Shown here piece after piece: positions 37,507-48,000 of a stretch of 64,000 bases of DNA (its first letter is position 1; each line of letters begins with the position of its first letter). The notes under the pieces are model-generated. The model had not been told where the DNA came from. It ran no database searches and was given only the letters and a program-made list of their open reading frames with translations. Origin of the DNA: Lachnospiraceae bacterium (lineage in GTDB: Bacteria; Bacillota; Clostridia; Lachnospirales; Lachnospiraceae); the NCBI GenBank assembly GCA_045122895.1, contig JBGVIE010000008.1:7602-71601 (forward strand), in the 5' to 3' direction. The position numbers were made by a program, and so were the translations under genes.

Positions 37507-37656
37507 TTACTTATTCTGTCCATCCTTACTGTTCAAAAGTTCAATAATAATATCAGTCATATCTGACATATTATTGTTGTTGTATATTACATCTTCTGCT
37601 TCATCTATCTCAAGACTTGGATGAAACCTTTTAAGTTCCTCTTCAAAGTTAATCAT
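37507..37656 (-). CDS. possible 49-aa acidic small protein (speculative)
   Basis: My own translation: MINFEEELKRFHPSLEIDEAEDVIYNNNNMSDMTDIIIELLNSKDGQNK. Its ATG overlaps the folC stop by 8 nt, and its stop lies about 10 nt before the TPR gene start. This fills an otherwise unexplained 150-nt gap in an operon-like array. Confidence 0.3.
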   Translation of the reverse strand: MINFEEELKRFHPSLEIDEAEDVIYNNNNMSDMTDIIIELLNSKDGQNK

Positions 37657-38953
37657 TGTTCCTATTCCTTTCAATTATACTCTTAATACTACCAACCAGA
37701 TAAAGCGAGCCTGCTACAAATAACACATCCTCTTCATCTTTTTCTTTCACAGCGCTATTAAAAGCCTGTTCTATATCTTCATAAACTGTTATCTTTATGT
37801 TATCTGCGTATTTTCTAAATGTATCTGCAATCAAATCCGCCTTAAGCTTCCTCTGTCCTTCAATCTCTGTTATATATATACCAGAAAAATCAGTTCCATC
37901 AAGTAACAGCTTTATCATCTGATCAAATTGTTTATCTTTGACTGCTGAAAATAAAAGAAGCTTCCTGCCTCCTACACTCATCTCTGACACAGTTTTTGCA
38001 AATTCTCTTATTCCCGGTTCATTATGTGCGCCATCAAGAATTATGCCACCGGCAACTTCTTCCATTCTTCCTTCCCAGCACACATTCTTAATTCCGTCTA
38101 TCACATATTTAGCCGGAATATCAGAGATTGCCTCAATAATACTTACAGCTACTGCAGCATTTTGAATCTGATACTCTGCAATAAATGGTGTTTCAAACAC
38201 ACACGTACAATAATACCCACAATCCATTGAAAAATCAATATGCTTATCTTGTTTTTTTATTAATGTGTAGCAATTCTCATCAACTGCTGTTATTTTTTCC
38301 GTTTTATCCTCTGCCACTTCTAAAATGACATCTCTTACTTCTTCGTCCTCACTCACAAATATAAGCGGGACATTTTTTTTGATAATTCCTGCTTTTTCTA
38401 AAGCAATCTTACCAACAGTATCTCCGAGATACTCTACATGGTCCATCCCGATAGAAGTAATAGCTGTAACTATAGGCTTTTCCACCACATTGGTTGCATC
38501 AAGTCTTCCTCCAAGTCCTGTCTCCAAAATAACATACTCGGTATCACTATTTTTAAATGCAACCATTGCCACTGCAAAAATGTACTCAAAAAAAGTAGGG
38601 TGGTCATAACCATCCTCCTTCATCTTTTGTACTGCCTCGTACACCGTATTAAAAGCTTCCAAAAAATCTTCTTTAGAGATAAGTATGCTATTAACCCTTA
38701 TCCGCTCTCTCATATCCACCAGATGTGGCGATGTAAACAAACCAACACTTTTGCCTGCACTGCACAAAATGTTATTCACCATCATACAAACAGAACCTTT
38801 TCCATTTGTCCCTGCCACGTGGATTATTTTAAATAAATCCTGTGGATTACCAAGGCACTTCATAAGGTGCCTTGTATTATCCATAGGATTCTTCTTGGTG
38901 AACTTCGGTATATCTAATATATATTTTGTAGCTTCATCATAACTATAAACCAT
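37649..38953 (-). CDS. folC: bifunctional folylpolyglutamate synthase / dihydrofolate synthase
   Basis: Mur-ligase-family P-loop HVAGTNGKGS, plus LETGLGGRLD and DGAHNEPG. Confidence 0.92.
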   Translation of the reverse strand: MVYSYDEATKYILDIPKFTKKNPMDNTRHLMKCLGNPQDLFKIIHVAGTNGKGSVCMMVNNILCSAGKSVGLFTSPHLVDMRERIRVNSILISKEDFLEAFNTVYEAVQKMKEDGYDHPTFFEYIFAVAMVAFKNSDTEYVILETGLGGRLDATNVVEKPIVTAITSIGMDHVEYLGDTVGKIALEKAGIIKKNVPLIFVSEDEEVRDVILEVAEDKTEKITAVDENCYTLIKKQDKHIDFSMDCGYYCTCVFETPFIAEYQIQNAAVAVSIIEAISDIPAKYVIDGIKNVCWEGRMEEVAGGIILDGAHNEPGIREFAKTVSEMSVGGRKLLLFSAVKDKQFDQMIKLLLDGTDFSGIYITEIEGQRKLKADLIADTFRKYADNIKITVYEDIEQAFNSAVKEKDEEDVLFVAGSLYLVGSIKSIIERNRNND

Positions 38954-38999
38954 ATTATACCTTCACTTCAACTATTATCAATCGCAAGTTTCGACTTAA

Positions 39000-41639
39000 T
39001 TATTTAGTAAGCTGCGCAAGTCTTTCATTAACCTGAGCCATCATCTGGTTGTATTTTTCCTGCTTTTCTTTTTCTTCATTAATCTTAGCTTCCGGAGCTT
39101 TGTTAACGAAGTTTGGATTAGCTAACATACCATTTACTCTTGCGAGCTCTTTCTCAAGCTTAGTCTGTTCCCTCTTAAGTCTTTCTATTTCTTTTTCTAC
39201 ATCTACAAGCTCTGCAAACGGAATGTAGATTGTGGCATCAGGAATAACTGTTGCTACTGCATCCTCTTCAATTCCCATCTTGTCACTCTGTACTATCATC
39301 TCATTAGAATATGATAATGTCTCAAAGAACACTCTGCCCTCTTCAAAAATCTTTCTAATCTTTTCACTTTCAGATACTACGTATACTTTAGCTTTTCTGC
39401 TAGGTGGAACGTTCATTCCGCTTCTTAAGTTTCTGATACTGCGAACAGCTTCCTTAATTACTTCTACACTTTCTTCCTCTGTCTTAAAGCTTCTGGCTTC
39501 ATCATATACAGGCCACTCTGATACCATAATGGATGCTTCCTTGTCCTGAAGAGTTGTAAAGATCTCTTCAGTTACAAACGGCATATATGGGTGAAGTAAT
39601 TTGAGTGATGTAATAAGCACTTCGTTAAGTGTGTATAAAGCTGCTGCCTTAGTTTTGTTATCCTCGCTGTATAATCTTGGCTTAACCATTTCAATATACC
39701 AGTCACAGAATTCTTCCCAGATAAAATCGTAAAGCTTACTTGCTGCAATACCAAGCTCGTATTTCTCAAGATTCTCTGTTACATCTTTTACAAGGTCATT
39801 CACCTTTGATAAAATCCACTTATCAGCATCAGTAAGTGTACTCTCATCCACTGAAGAAATACCTTTCTCAGGCATATTCATCATAATAAATCTTGATGCA
39901 TTCCATACCTTGTTTGCAAAGTTTCTGCTGGCTTCTACTCTTTCGTAGTAGAATCTCATATCGTTACCAGGTGCATTACCCGTAATAAGTGTAAATCTAA
40001 GCGCATCAGCACCGTATTTTTCAATTACTTCAAGCGGATCAATACCATTTCCAAGTGACTTACTCATCTTACGTCCCTGCGAATCTCTTACAAGACCATG
40101 AATAAGAACTGTGTCAAACGGTGTCTTTCCTGTATGCTCAAGTCCTGAGAATACCATTCTGATAACCCAGAAGGGAATAATATCATAACCTGTTACAAGT
40201 GTATTAGTTGGGTAGAAGTATTCCATCTCTTCTGTTTTCTCAGGCCAGCCAAGTGTACTAAACGGCCAGAGTGCTGAACTAAACCATGTATCAAGTGTAT
40301 CAGGATCCTGTCTCATCTCCTTACCACACTTTGGACACGTACAAGTATCTTCCTTTGTCACTACTAATTCTCCACAATCATCACAATAGAATGCAGGAAT
40401 TCTGTGTCCCCACCATAACTGTCTTGAGATACACCAGTCTCTGATGTTCTCTAACCAGTGGTAATATGTCTTATCAAAATGAGGTGGAACAAACTTTGTA
40501 TCACCATTCTTTACTGCTTCGATAGCAGGTTTTGCAAGTTCTTCCATCTTTACAAACCACTGCTTAGATACTCTAGGTTCTACTGTTGTATGACATCTGT
40601 AACATGTACCTACATTATGGCTGTAGTCTTCAATCTTAATAAGAGCTCCTTCCGCCTCCAGGTCAGCTACAATGGCCTTTCTTGCCTCATATCTGTCCAT
40701 ACCTGCATACTTCTCGTACTCATCAACAATCTTTGCATCATCTGTCATAACATTGATTACTTCAAGATTATGTCTTAAACCTACCTCAAAATCGTTAGGG
40801 TCGTGTGCAGGAGTAATCTTTACAACACCTGTACCAAAATCCATCTCTACATATTCATCTGCAATAATCGGAATCTCCCTGTGAACAATAGGAAGTATTA
40901 CAGTCTTACCTATCATATCCTTGTATCTGTCATCATTAGGATTAACAGCAACAGCAGTATCACCAAGTAATGTCTCCGGTCTTGTTGTAGCTAAGTTGAT
41001 ATAACCACTGCCGTCTGATAACTGATATCTTAAATGCCAGAAATGACCTGCCTGATCTTCATATTCTACCTCAGCATCTGAAATAGATGTAAGACACTTA
41101 GGACACCAGTTGATAATTCTCTCACCACGATAAATCTGTCCCTTGTTGTAAAGGTTTACGAATACTTCCTTTACAGCCTTGTTACAGCCTTCATCCATTG
41201 TGAATCTTTCTCTGTCCCAGTCACATGAAGAACCAATCTTCTTAAGCTGTGAAACAATTCTTCCACCATACTGCTTCTTCCATTCCCAGGCTCTCTCTAA
41301 GAATTTGTCTCTTCCGATATCTTCTTTGTCGATGCCTTCTTCTCTCATCTTCTCAACAATCTTAGCTTCTGTTGCAATAGATGCATGGTCTGTACCAGGA
41401 AGCCAAAGAGCTTCATATCCGGCCATCCTCTTATATCTGATAATTATATCCTGCATTGTATTATCAAGAGCATGTCCCATATGGAGCTGTCCTGTAATAT
41501 TTGGAGGTGGCATCACAATTGTAAAAGGTTTCTTGCTTCTGTTCACTTCTGCATGAAAATATTTATTCTCAACCCAGTTATCGTACCACTTCTGCTCTAT
41601 CTGTGCAGGATTATAGTTTTTCTCTAATTCCTTTGCCAT
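39000..41639 (-). CDS. valS: valine--tRNA ligase
   Basis: Class I HIGH (LHMGHA) and KMSKS motifs, an editing domain and a C-terminal coiled coil. Start set at MAKELEKNYNP (ATG 41639) after GGAGA. Confidence 0.97.
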   Translation of the reverse strand: MAKELEKNYNPAQIEQKWYDNWVENKYFHAEVNRSKKPFTIVMPPPNITGQLHMGHALDNTMQDIIIRYKRMAGYEALWLPGTDHASIATEAKIVEKMREEGIDKEDIGRDKFLERAWEWKKQYGGRIVSQLKKIGSSCDWDRERFTMDEGCNKAVKEVFVNLYNKGQIYRGERIINWCPKCLTSISDAEVEYEDQAGHFWHLRYQLSDGSGYINLATTRPETLLGDTAVAVNPNDDRYKDMIGKTVILPIVHREIPIIADEYVEMDFGTGVVKITPAHDPNDFEVGLRHNLEVINVMTDDAKIVDEYEKYAGMDRYEARKAIVADLEAEGALIKIEDYSHNVGTCYRCHTTVEPRVSKQWFVKMEELAKPAIEAVKNGDTKFVPPHFDKTYYHWLENIRDWCISRQLWWGHRIPAFYCDDCGELVVTKEDTCTCPKCGKEMRQDPDTLDTWFSSALWPFSTLGWPEKTEEMEYFYPTNTLVTGYDIIPFWVIRMVFSGLEHTGKTPFDTVLIHGLVRDSQGRKMSKSLGNGIDPLEVIEKYGADALRFTLITGNAPGNDMRFYYERVEASRNFANKVWNASRFIMMNMPEKGISSVDESTLTDADKWILSKVNDLVKDVTENLEKYELGIAASKLYDFIWEEFCDWYIEMVKPRLYSEDNKTKAAALYTLNEVLITSLKLLHPYMPFVTEEIFTTLQDKEASIMVSEWPVYDEARSFKTEEESVEVIKEAVRSIRNLRSGMNVPPSRKAKVYVVSESEKIRKIFEEGRVFFETLSYSNEMIVQSDKMGIEEDAVATVIPDATIYIPFAELVDVEKEIERLKREQTKLEKELARVNGMLANPNFVNKAPEAKINEEKEKQEKYNQMMAQVNERLAQLTK

Positions 41640-41681
41640 GTTCATTTCTCCTTTTTCTGCTATAAAAAACACTTATTCTAA

Positions 41682-41710
41682 AATATAGTTTTTTTGCTAA
41701 TATTTGTCAA
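41682..41710 (-). promoter_or_regulatory. sigma-A-type promoter for valS-folC
   Basis: On the minus strand: TTGACA (complement of 41705-41710), 17-nt spacer, TATATT (complement of 41682-41687). The -35 lies 8 nt after the upstream stop codon, and the leader is only about 40 nt. Confidence 0.55.
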
Positions 41711-41717
41711 GTCTTGT

Positions 41718-42905
41718 TTAGTAACTTTCCACTACTTCCTGTATCTCTTTTGCATAATCAGGATACTTTAAAAGCAGCTTCTTTATGTTATTTTTGCTTC
41801 TGTCTATCACATCACTATTATACTCAATATTATTTGTAAGTGCGTTTCTCCTTCTGATGAGTTCATCCCTGATTCTCTTCAATTCATTCGAATCAACGAT
41901 TGCATAAGCCTGATTCACCCAGATTTCCGAGTCATTCAGATTATAATTTGAAAGTTCATTAACAAGTTCTTCCTCCGCTTCGTATAATTTGTCCGAAGCC
42001 TTGTGGTATACCTCCTGTTCTTTTTTCACTTTCAAATACTGACCCCATATTTTGTTAAGTTCATATGAATTCTGTACCCCGAATTTTTCATACATATAGT
42101 CAATTCGTGATTTGACATTCACATATCTCAACTTATACTTGTTAATAAGATTTATTGCCTTTGCCTGTTTTCTTTCAATAAGGGATATATTTGAAACTGC
42201 TTCGTGATGTACCACAAAAAGAGTAGTCGCAAGCACCGCTGCTATCCCCATAAGCGCATACAGATAACCTGTCACAAATACATCTGTATTAATCTGTACC
42301 AGAAAAATTATCGCAAGTAATGCTATGAAAGCACCTACAGATATTTTGGAAATACCGGACACCATTCTTATTCTGTCCTTCATCTCCCTCTTTTCCTGTT
42401 TGAGCGCAACCTTTTCACCATTTAGATAATGAAGGTCTGTGTACACTGCATGACAATACTCTTCATCCTCTTTTAAATCTTTAAGTACATCCTTTATCTT
42501 ATCTTCGTATTCCTTCATAAGGTCAAACTGCCTGTTAGACATCTTTGACATTGAACCTCCAAATTCTTTTCTGTCCTTTTCAAGTACCAGTACTTTCTTT
42601 GCAAGATGGAGAATTTTCTGAAAACAGTTATCCGGTAACGACTCTATCATCTGAACATCAGACAGATAGTCACTTACCGCCTGAAATTCAATTTTTGTAT
42701 CCTCGATACGCTTAGCCGATTCCTGCATAATCTCACATTGGTTAATTGTGTACTGCACGACCTGTTCTTTACCGGTAAATGAAACCTTATCTACTTCTCC
42801 AATTTCACTTTCGCTTTCTTTTTTTTCTTTGTAGAGGTCACCGTATTTTTGTTCAAATTCTAAATCATCATTTTTTCTTTTACTTAGCCATTTAAACCAT
42901 TTCAT
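41718..42905 (-). CDS. coiled-coil / 2-TM hairpin / coiled-coil membrane protein, unknown function (4th gene of the unknown operon)
   Basis: 395 aa. Charged heptad-like N- and C-halves flank ISVGAFIALLAIIFLVQI and GYLYALMGIAAVLATTLFVV. 14-nt overlap with the upstream gene. Confidence 0.8.
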   Translation of the reverse strand: MKWFKWLSKRKNDDLEFEQKYGDLYKEKKESESEIGEVDKVSFTGKEQVVQYTINQCEIMQESAKRIEDTKIEFQAVSDYLSDVQMIESLPDNCFQKILHLAKKVLVLEKDRKEFGGSMSKMSNRQFDLMKEYEDKIKDVLKDLKEDEEYCHAVYTDLHYLNGEKVALKQEKREMKDRIRMVSGISKISVGAFIALLAIIFLVQINTDVFVTGYLYALMGIAAVLATTLFVVHHEAVSNISLIERKQAKAINLINKYKLRYVNVKSRIDYMYEKFGVQNSYELNKIWGQYLKVKKEQEVYHKASDKLYEAEEELVNELSNYNLNDSEIWVNQAYAIVDSNELKRIRDELIRRRNALTNNIEYNSDVIDRSKNNIKKLLLKYPDYAKEIQEVVESY

Positions 42906-43725
42906 TTCTGTACTCGTCTTTCCACTTATCTATTATCTTATGAATATCTTCATAATAATCGTCTAAGTTGTGCTTACCATCATATACAAGCGTCTCGCAT
43001 ATCTCATCATATTCAGGCTGTGACATAACACTTTCTCTATAACTTTTTAGCTCTTCGCCCACCAGGTCAAGCACTTCATCACTAACCTTATACTTTAATG
43101 TATCTTCTAACAAATCCTTTTCGTTAGAACTTAGCAAATCAATTTTGATGATTGATTTTACTATGTTTTCATCCTGACATAATTCATAGGCTTTTCTATA
43201 ATATATAACTGCCTCACTGTATTCCATTCTTCTTGCATATATGCACGCCAGATTGTTACATACCTTCCCATAAAAAATATTAGTAAGGGTTTTATCTCTC
43301 TGCATCGTCAGAATCTCTTTGTAAATCTCAAATGCTCTTCCCAGTTTTCCGGCCTCCATAAAAAGGTCTGCTCTCACTTTAAGCCTCTCAGTTACCGACT
43401 TTGTTCCAATCATCCTAAGAGTATTTACAAGTTCTTCAACTTCTTCCTCATTGTAATACCCTGAAGCATTAACTATTGTCATCATAAGCTCCGGAAATGT
43501 TCCTCTATGGTCTGTCAAATATTTAATTTTTCCTGCCAGTCCTTCCATTTCAAGCTGGGTATGTATAAATTCTATCAATTCCTCATCAAAGAATTCTTTT
43601 CCAACCATAAAAATATTGTTGTGCAGATAATATGCCAGTTCCTCAATTGAATATATATCAATATCCGCACTCTCAATATGAAATGGAAGCTTAGCCTCTT
43701 TTCCACATAATAATAATCCACTCAT
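42892..43725 (-). CDS. TPR-like helical protein, unknown function (3rd gene)
   Basis: 277 aa. TPR-like segments (GRAFEIYKEIL, VCNNLACIYARRMEYSEAVIYYRKAYEL). Its start lies 1 nt after the upstream stop. Confidence 0.8.
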   Translation of the reverse strand: MSGLLLCGKEAKLPFHIESADIDIYSIEELAYYLHNNIFMVGKEFFDEELIEFIHTQLEMEGLAGKIKYLTDHRGTFPELMMTIVNASGYYNEEEVEELVNTLRMIGTKSVTERLKVRADLFMEAGKLGRAFEIYKEILTMQRDKTLTNIFYGKVCNNLACIYARRMEYSEAVIYYRKAYELCQDENIVKSIIKIDLLSSNEKDLLEDTLKYKVSDEVLDLVGEELKSYRESVMSQPEYDEICETLVYDGKHNLDDYYEDIHKIIDKWKDEYRNEMV

Positions 43726-43726
43726 A

Positions 43727-45010
43727 CTATATCCATTCCTCAGTATTGATGTTCATTCGAAGTATTTTGTCTGATGCTTCAAAGAAATCACCAAATCCTA
43801 AATCTCTTACAATTATACTCAACTGCTTCTCACTTTTATACGCAACTGTAATCTCTACCTTTGTCGTCTTATTTGGTCTGTCAGGAAATTCTGATAAATC
43901 AAGCTTTATGTCTCTTTCCACCTTGTTGACCGGATTTATTACCTTGACATTGATTTCTTTAGTATCATCAAGAATACATTTCACAATTGCACCTGCTTCA
44001 TACCAGTTAACTCCGGCTTTTGACAGACAAAGCATAACTGTCTTATCTCTGTGGAGTACATTTATCCCGATTGTCACAAAAGTCCTTCCTGTACACATAA
44101 ACTGATAACAATCATTGTTTATAATCGAAAGTTTTTCCATTATGGCATAACAGGCACCTTTTACAAACAAATTATGTCCCTTAAATACTCTTCGCTTATT
44201 GCATAAATAGGGAAGGGAATTCTTTATGAAATCCTCATCATAGAATCCCATACCGGTAAGGAATACTGCTGACACTATGTGAGATTTGAAATCATTTTGA
44301 ACAATAGTTAACAATCTCTCATCAGCTTTTATTCTTCCCTCTTCATTTTTAAGATCTTCGTAAGAGAATTCATCTGACAAATCATATTCTGAAACGTCTA
44401 AGACTTCCGGATTTCTTCCTCTCACCCTGCTAACTTTTCTGTATATAAAGTGATCCTTCGAAAAATCAAACAAGGCAACATCATTTGTCCATATCTCTTT
44501 TTTCTGATTAGTAATAAAATAAAGCAGTGCCTCAGAGTGACCAACAACTCTTATCTTATCCTCTTCTATACCAAGTTCCTTAACAGAGCTGTAAATATTA
44601 TCTATAAGAACCCTGTCCGGGTACTCGATTGTAATACCTATTGCTTCGATACATGATATATTGCATCCTCTTCTTATCTGTTCAAATAAAAGCCTGAAAT
44701 AAATATCTAATATTTCCTTTGCAGTATATTCCCTGCCCTCTATTGTGTCACCTTTGTCAAGAAGAACTTTTTTGAGGATATCATCAACTGCTGTCCCCTC
44801 ATGCCGTCCTGCACGAAGCATGGCCTCATCACCTAAAAGCCACTCATCCTTATCCTTCCATTTGAACAACACAGTAGGAATAAGATATTTTTGTTCATTA
44901 TGTATTGTACTCATAGAATCAGGTTCACTCATACCTGTTACATAATAGCTTATCTGGGTGTAATCCGCTGCCAAATCCACCCCCACTACTATTCCAATAC
45001 TACTCTCCAT
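43727..45010 (-). CDS. Hsp70/actin-fold protein with degenerate nucleotide-binding motifs (2nd gene)
   Basis: 427 aa. Blocks collinear with DnaK: VGVDLAADYTQ, IPTVLF, GHSEALLYF, ALFDFSKDHF, VFLTGMGFY, and a C-terminal beta region KVEITVAYKSEKQLSIIVRDLG. Confidence 0.8.
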   Translation of the reverse strand: MESSIGIVVGVDLAADYTQISYYVTGMSEPDSMSTIHNEQKYLIPTVLFKWKDKDEWLLGDEAMLRAGRHEGTAVDDILKKVLLDKGDTIEGREYTAKEILDIYFRLLFEQIRRGCNISCIEAIGITIEYPDRVLIDNIYSSVKELGIEEDKIRVVGHSEALLYFITNQKKEIWTNDVALFDFSKDHFIYRKVSRVRGRNPEVLDVSEYDLSDEFSYEDLKNEEGRIKADERLLTIVQNDFKSHIVSAVFLTGMGFYDEDFIKNSLPYLCNKRRVFKGHNLFVKGACYAIMEKLSIINNDCYQFMCTGRTFVTIGINVLHRDKTVMLCLSKAGVNWYEAGAIVKCILDDTKEINVKVINPVNKVERDIKLDLSEFPDRPNKTTKVEITVAYKSEKQLSIIVRDLGFGDFFEASDKILRMNINTEEWI

Positions 45011-45030
45011 TCTGTCCTCATTTCCGAAAA

Positions 45031-48000
45031 CTACAAAATATCAAATGCTTTTTTTGCAACATTCAAATTAATATAGTATTCTTTAGTTAATTCTCTAACT
45101 GTCGTCTCTTCCTTCATATCCATACATCTAAGGATATCATTAATCATTCCGTATGCGGTATTATTGACACACACAATATCATCGCCAAGATAATAATTCT
45201 CGCTTTCCGTAATATTAGTTCCTCTTAAGTTCTCTTCAGTAATATAATACCTGATATTTTCACCATAAAAAATCGGAAGTTCTTTAGTATATATCCCCTT
45301 AAATTTTGATTCCATCTGACTTCTTTCGTAATGATCACTGACTGCTCCTTTTTCAGTATTGTAGTGAATATACACCTCACAGTCAGGCGATGTTCTATAT
45401 TCAATAACTGCTTTCATAGCTACAGAATCCGGAATTTCAAACCACTTTCCAAATCTTTTGAAAAATTCAAAATTAATGTTTTTATCAGACATATCCACCA
45501 GAAGTTTTCTGCTAAGGTCAATCTGTTTTTTCTGCGGTTCCTTTAAGTCACATACATATCTGAGATACGCTATTTTGCACAGTTCATGAAGAATATCATG
45601 AGACTTAGCCTGGATTAGAAGTTCTCTTTCTAACTGGATAAAAAACTTATCATTAACCGGTTTTTCTTTTACAAAATAGTTGTATGATACATAAAAATAA
45701 TATGCTTTCTTAACAGTCTCATTTGCACCTTTTTTCTCATAAGAATCAAATATATCAACAAGATATCCTGTATGGGCTCTGCTAAACAGAATCTGTGCGA
45801 TAAGTCTCTCCTCTAAATCTCTGCTCTCTACAGAGTAATCAATTCCTGCCTTCCATATCTCAATCATATCCTTCGTAATACCATTATAATTCTCACAAAG
45901 ATACGAAAGCGTGCTCTCGTTGTACTTGCCCTTAACAAAAGCAAAGGCTGCCAATTCTGTTAAAAGCTCATCACTTTCTGAGCTTACTAACACTAAATAT
46001 CTGCTTACAAGCTTTAATAATTTTCCGGGTGCCATCTGTACATATCCGTAGTTCTTAACTGCTTCATACGACTCTTCATATAGTCCCCGCATAATGAGAA
46101 GCTCTATCACCTTTATTCTTGATTCTAAATCAATCTCATCTAAATCAATGCTCTTAAGATAATCGTCAAGCTCATCACCATCATAATTCTCATAGTAATA
46201 ATCAATAATATCCTTCATAATACTCTTTTTAAACGAATATCTGAACCTGTCCATCTGCATAATATTCTTAAAAGTATTAATCGTGTTCCCTGAGGAGTTG
46301 TGGTATTTTAAGAACTGCTCCGTTATCGCAGCCACATAATAAATATCATCATCACATTTGCCCTCACACATACTCATAAGAGAATTGTTATCGAGTAATT
46401 TTCTGATTGCAAAATTAACTGTTTTAAAATGCCTGTTACCTTCCATATCTTCAGCCATAACAATTGCATCCTCTGTAAAAATCTCTATATTGGCAATCCC
46501 ATCTCTGAGGACATAAACCTTTTCGCTTGCAATCTCTTTATGTATTACAATCACCTTACACATATTCTTATTGTCACAGATCAGCTCATGAGTAGCAAGA
46601 ATATGTGGCAGATTCTTTGCTATTTCATCCTTTATTACAGAACCCTGCAAAAACTCTCTGTACACGATGGCAAGATTTCTGTTCATATTGCCTCTTGATA
46701 AATTATCAAGCGCAAATCTCTCCATATTAGCCTTGTAATTCTTGTAAATATTTGGAATCTTCTCTTTGTTATGAATTATGTTAGCATATAAATAGCTTTC
46801 TCTGTGAAAAAGAAGATTACCATTATACACAAAATACATATATATAATATTCGGAAGAAGCTCCATACTTCTATCTGAAATAGTGAACATATAATACTCA
46901 TAAAGTCTTGTGAGATTAAGTTCCCTCTTTACACCTTCTGCGTACCATTTAAAATATTTACTGCCTGTGATGTTACTTCGAATCAAAACACTGCATATAG
47001 CGTTAAGTATCTCTTTTTTGCCAAACATATCATAAAAGTATGTCAGCACCTTAAACATTATCGGTCTGAAATTCTTCTCCAGCAAAGCAAGCTCTGCTAC
47101 ATGAATTGCAAGCTTCTCCTCGATAATCTCATACTTACATCCAAACATAAGCACCTGAAGTTCAAAATCATTTATAACTCTTAACAACTGTGGCTGTTTG
47201 TTAAACACATTTATCGCCTCATAATACATAAGCGGACTGTAACAGCCTTTGTTAAACTGCTCTTTTATTCTAGCCACCTTAAGACTTACATTGCTCTCAT
47301 ACGAATTATCAAGATACAACAATATCCATAATATTCTCCAGCTATCATATCCGCCATCATAATAGGATTTTATCTTAAGGAAAATATCATTAGTCATTAC
47401 ATGGTCTCTTCTTTGGAGAGTTCTAACATACAGGTAATAACAATAAAGCTCCAGATTATCATCCACATTATCAAGTATATTATTTGCAACACTGTCAAGC
47501 AGCCACGCAGCTTCTGCCTCTTTATTCCTTGTCAAATATATCTGAGCCTGAATAAGCTTTAAGAAATCATAACTGTCATCAAACCCTCTTGCCCTCTCAA
47601 TTATACTAAGAGACTTCTCTGACCACACATCAGCAGTATATCTTCTGCATCTGAAATCGATATACATCTTCATAAGTCTTCTGATACACTTTTTTACTTC
47701 CCTTTTCTCAACACTATAATCATGTGTGTTATCAACTGATATTTGCAAGGTAAGCGACTGGAAAACTGTCTGGAAAATAATTGTTCCATAGTTCATCCCG
47801 TCATGTAGTCTGTCAGTGTCTATCAGATACTTATATTCATAGTTACTTCCTGCAAAATCGTCAGAAGTAATTCTCGTCTTACAATTAGTAATAAAATCGC
47901 CACGCACATCAACCTTAATGTCAACATATCCGGCAACATCCTTTGATATCACCACAACGTCTGAATTAGGCTGTGTAAGATTCACATACTCTCTGTTGCT

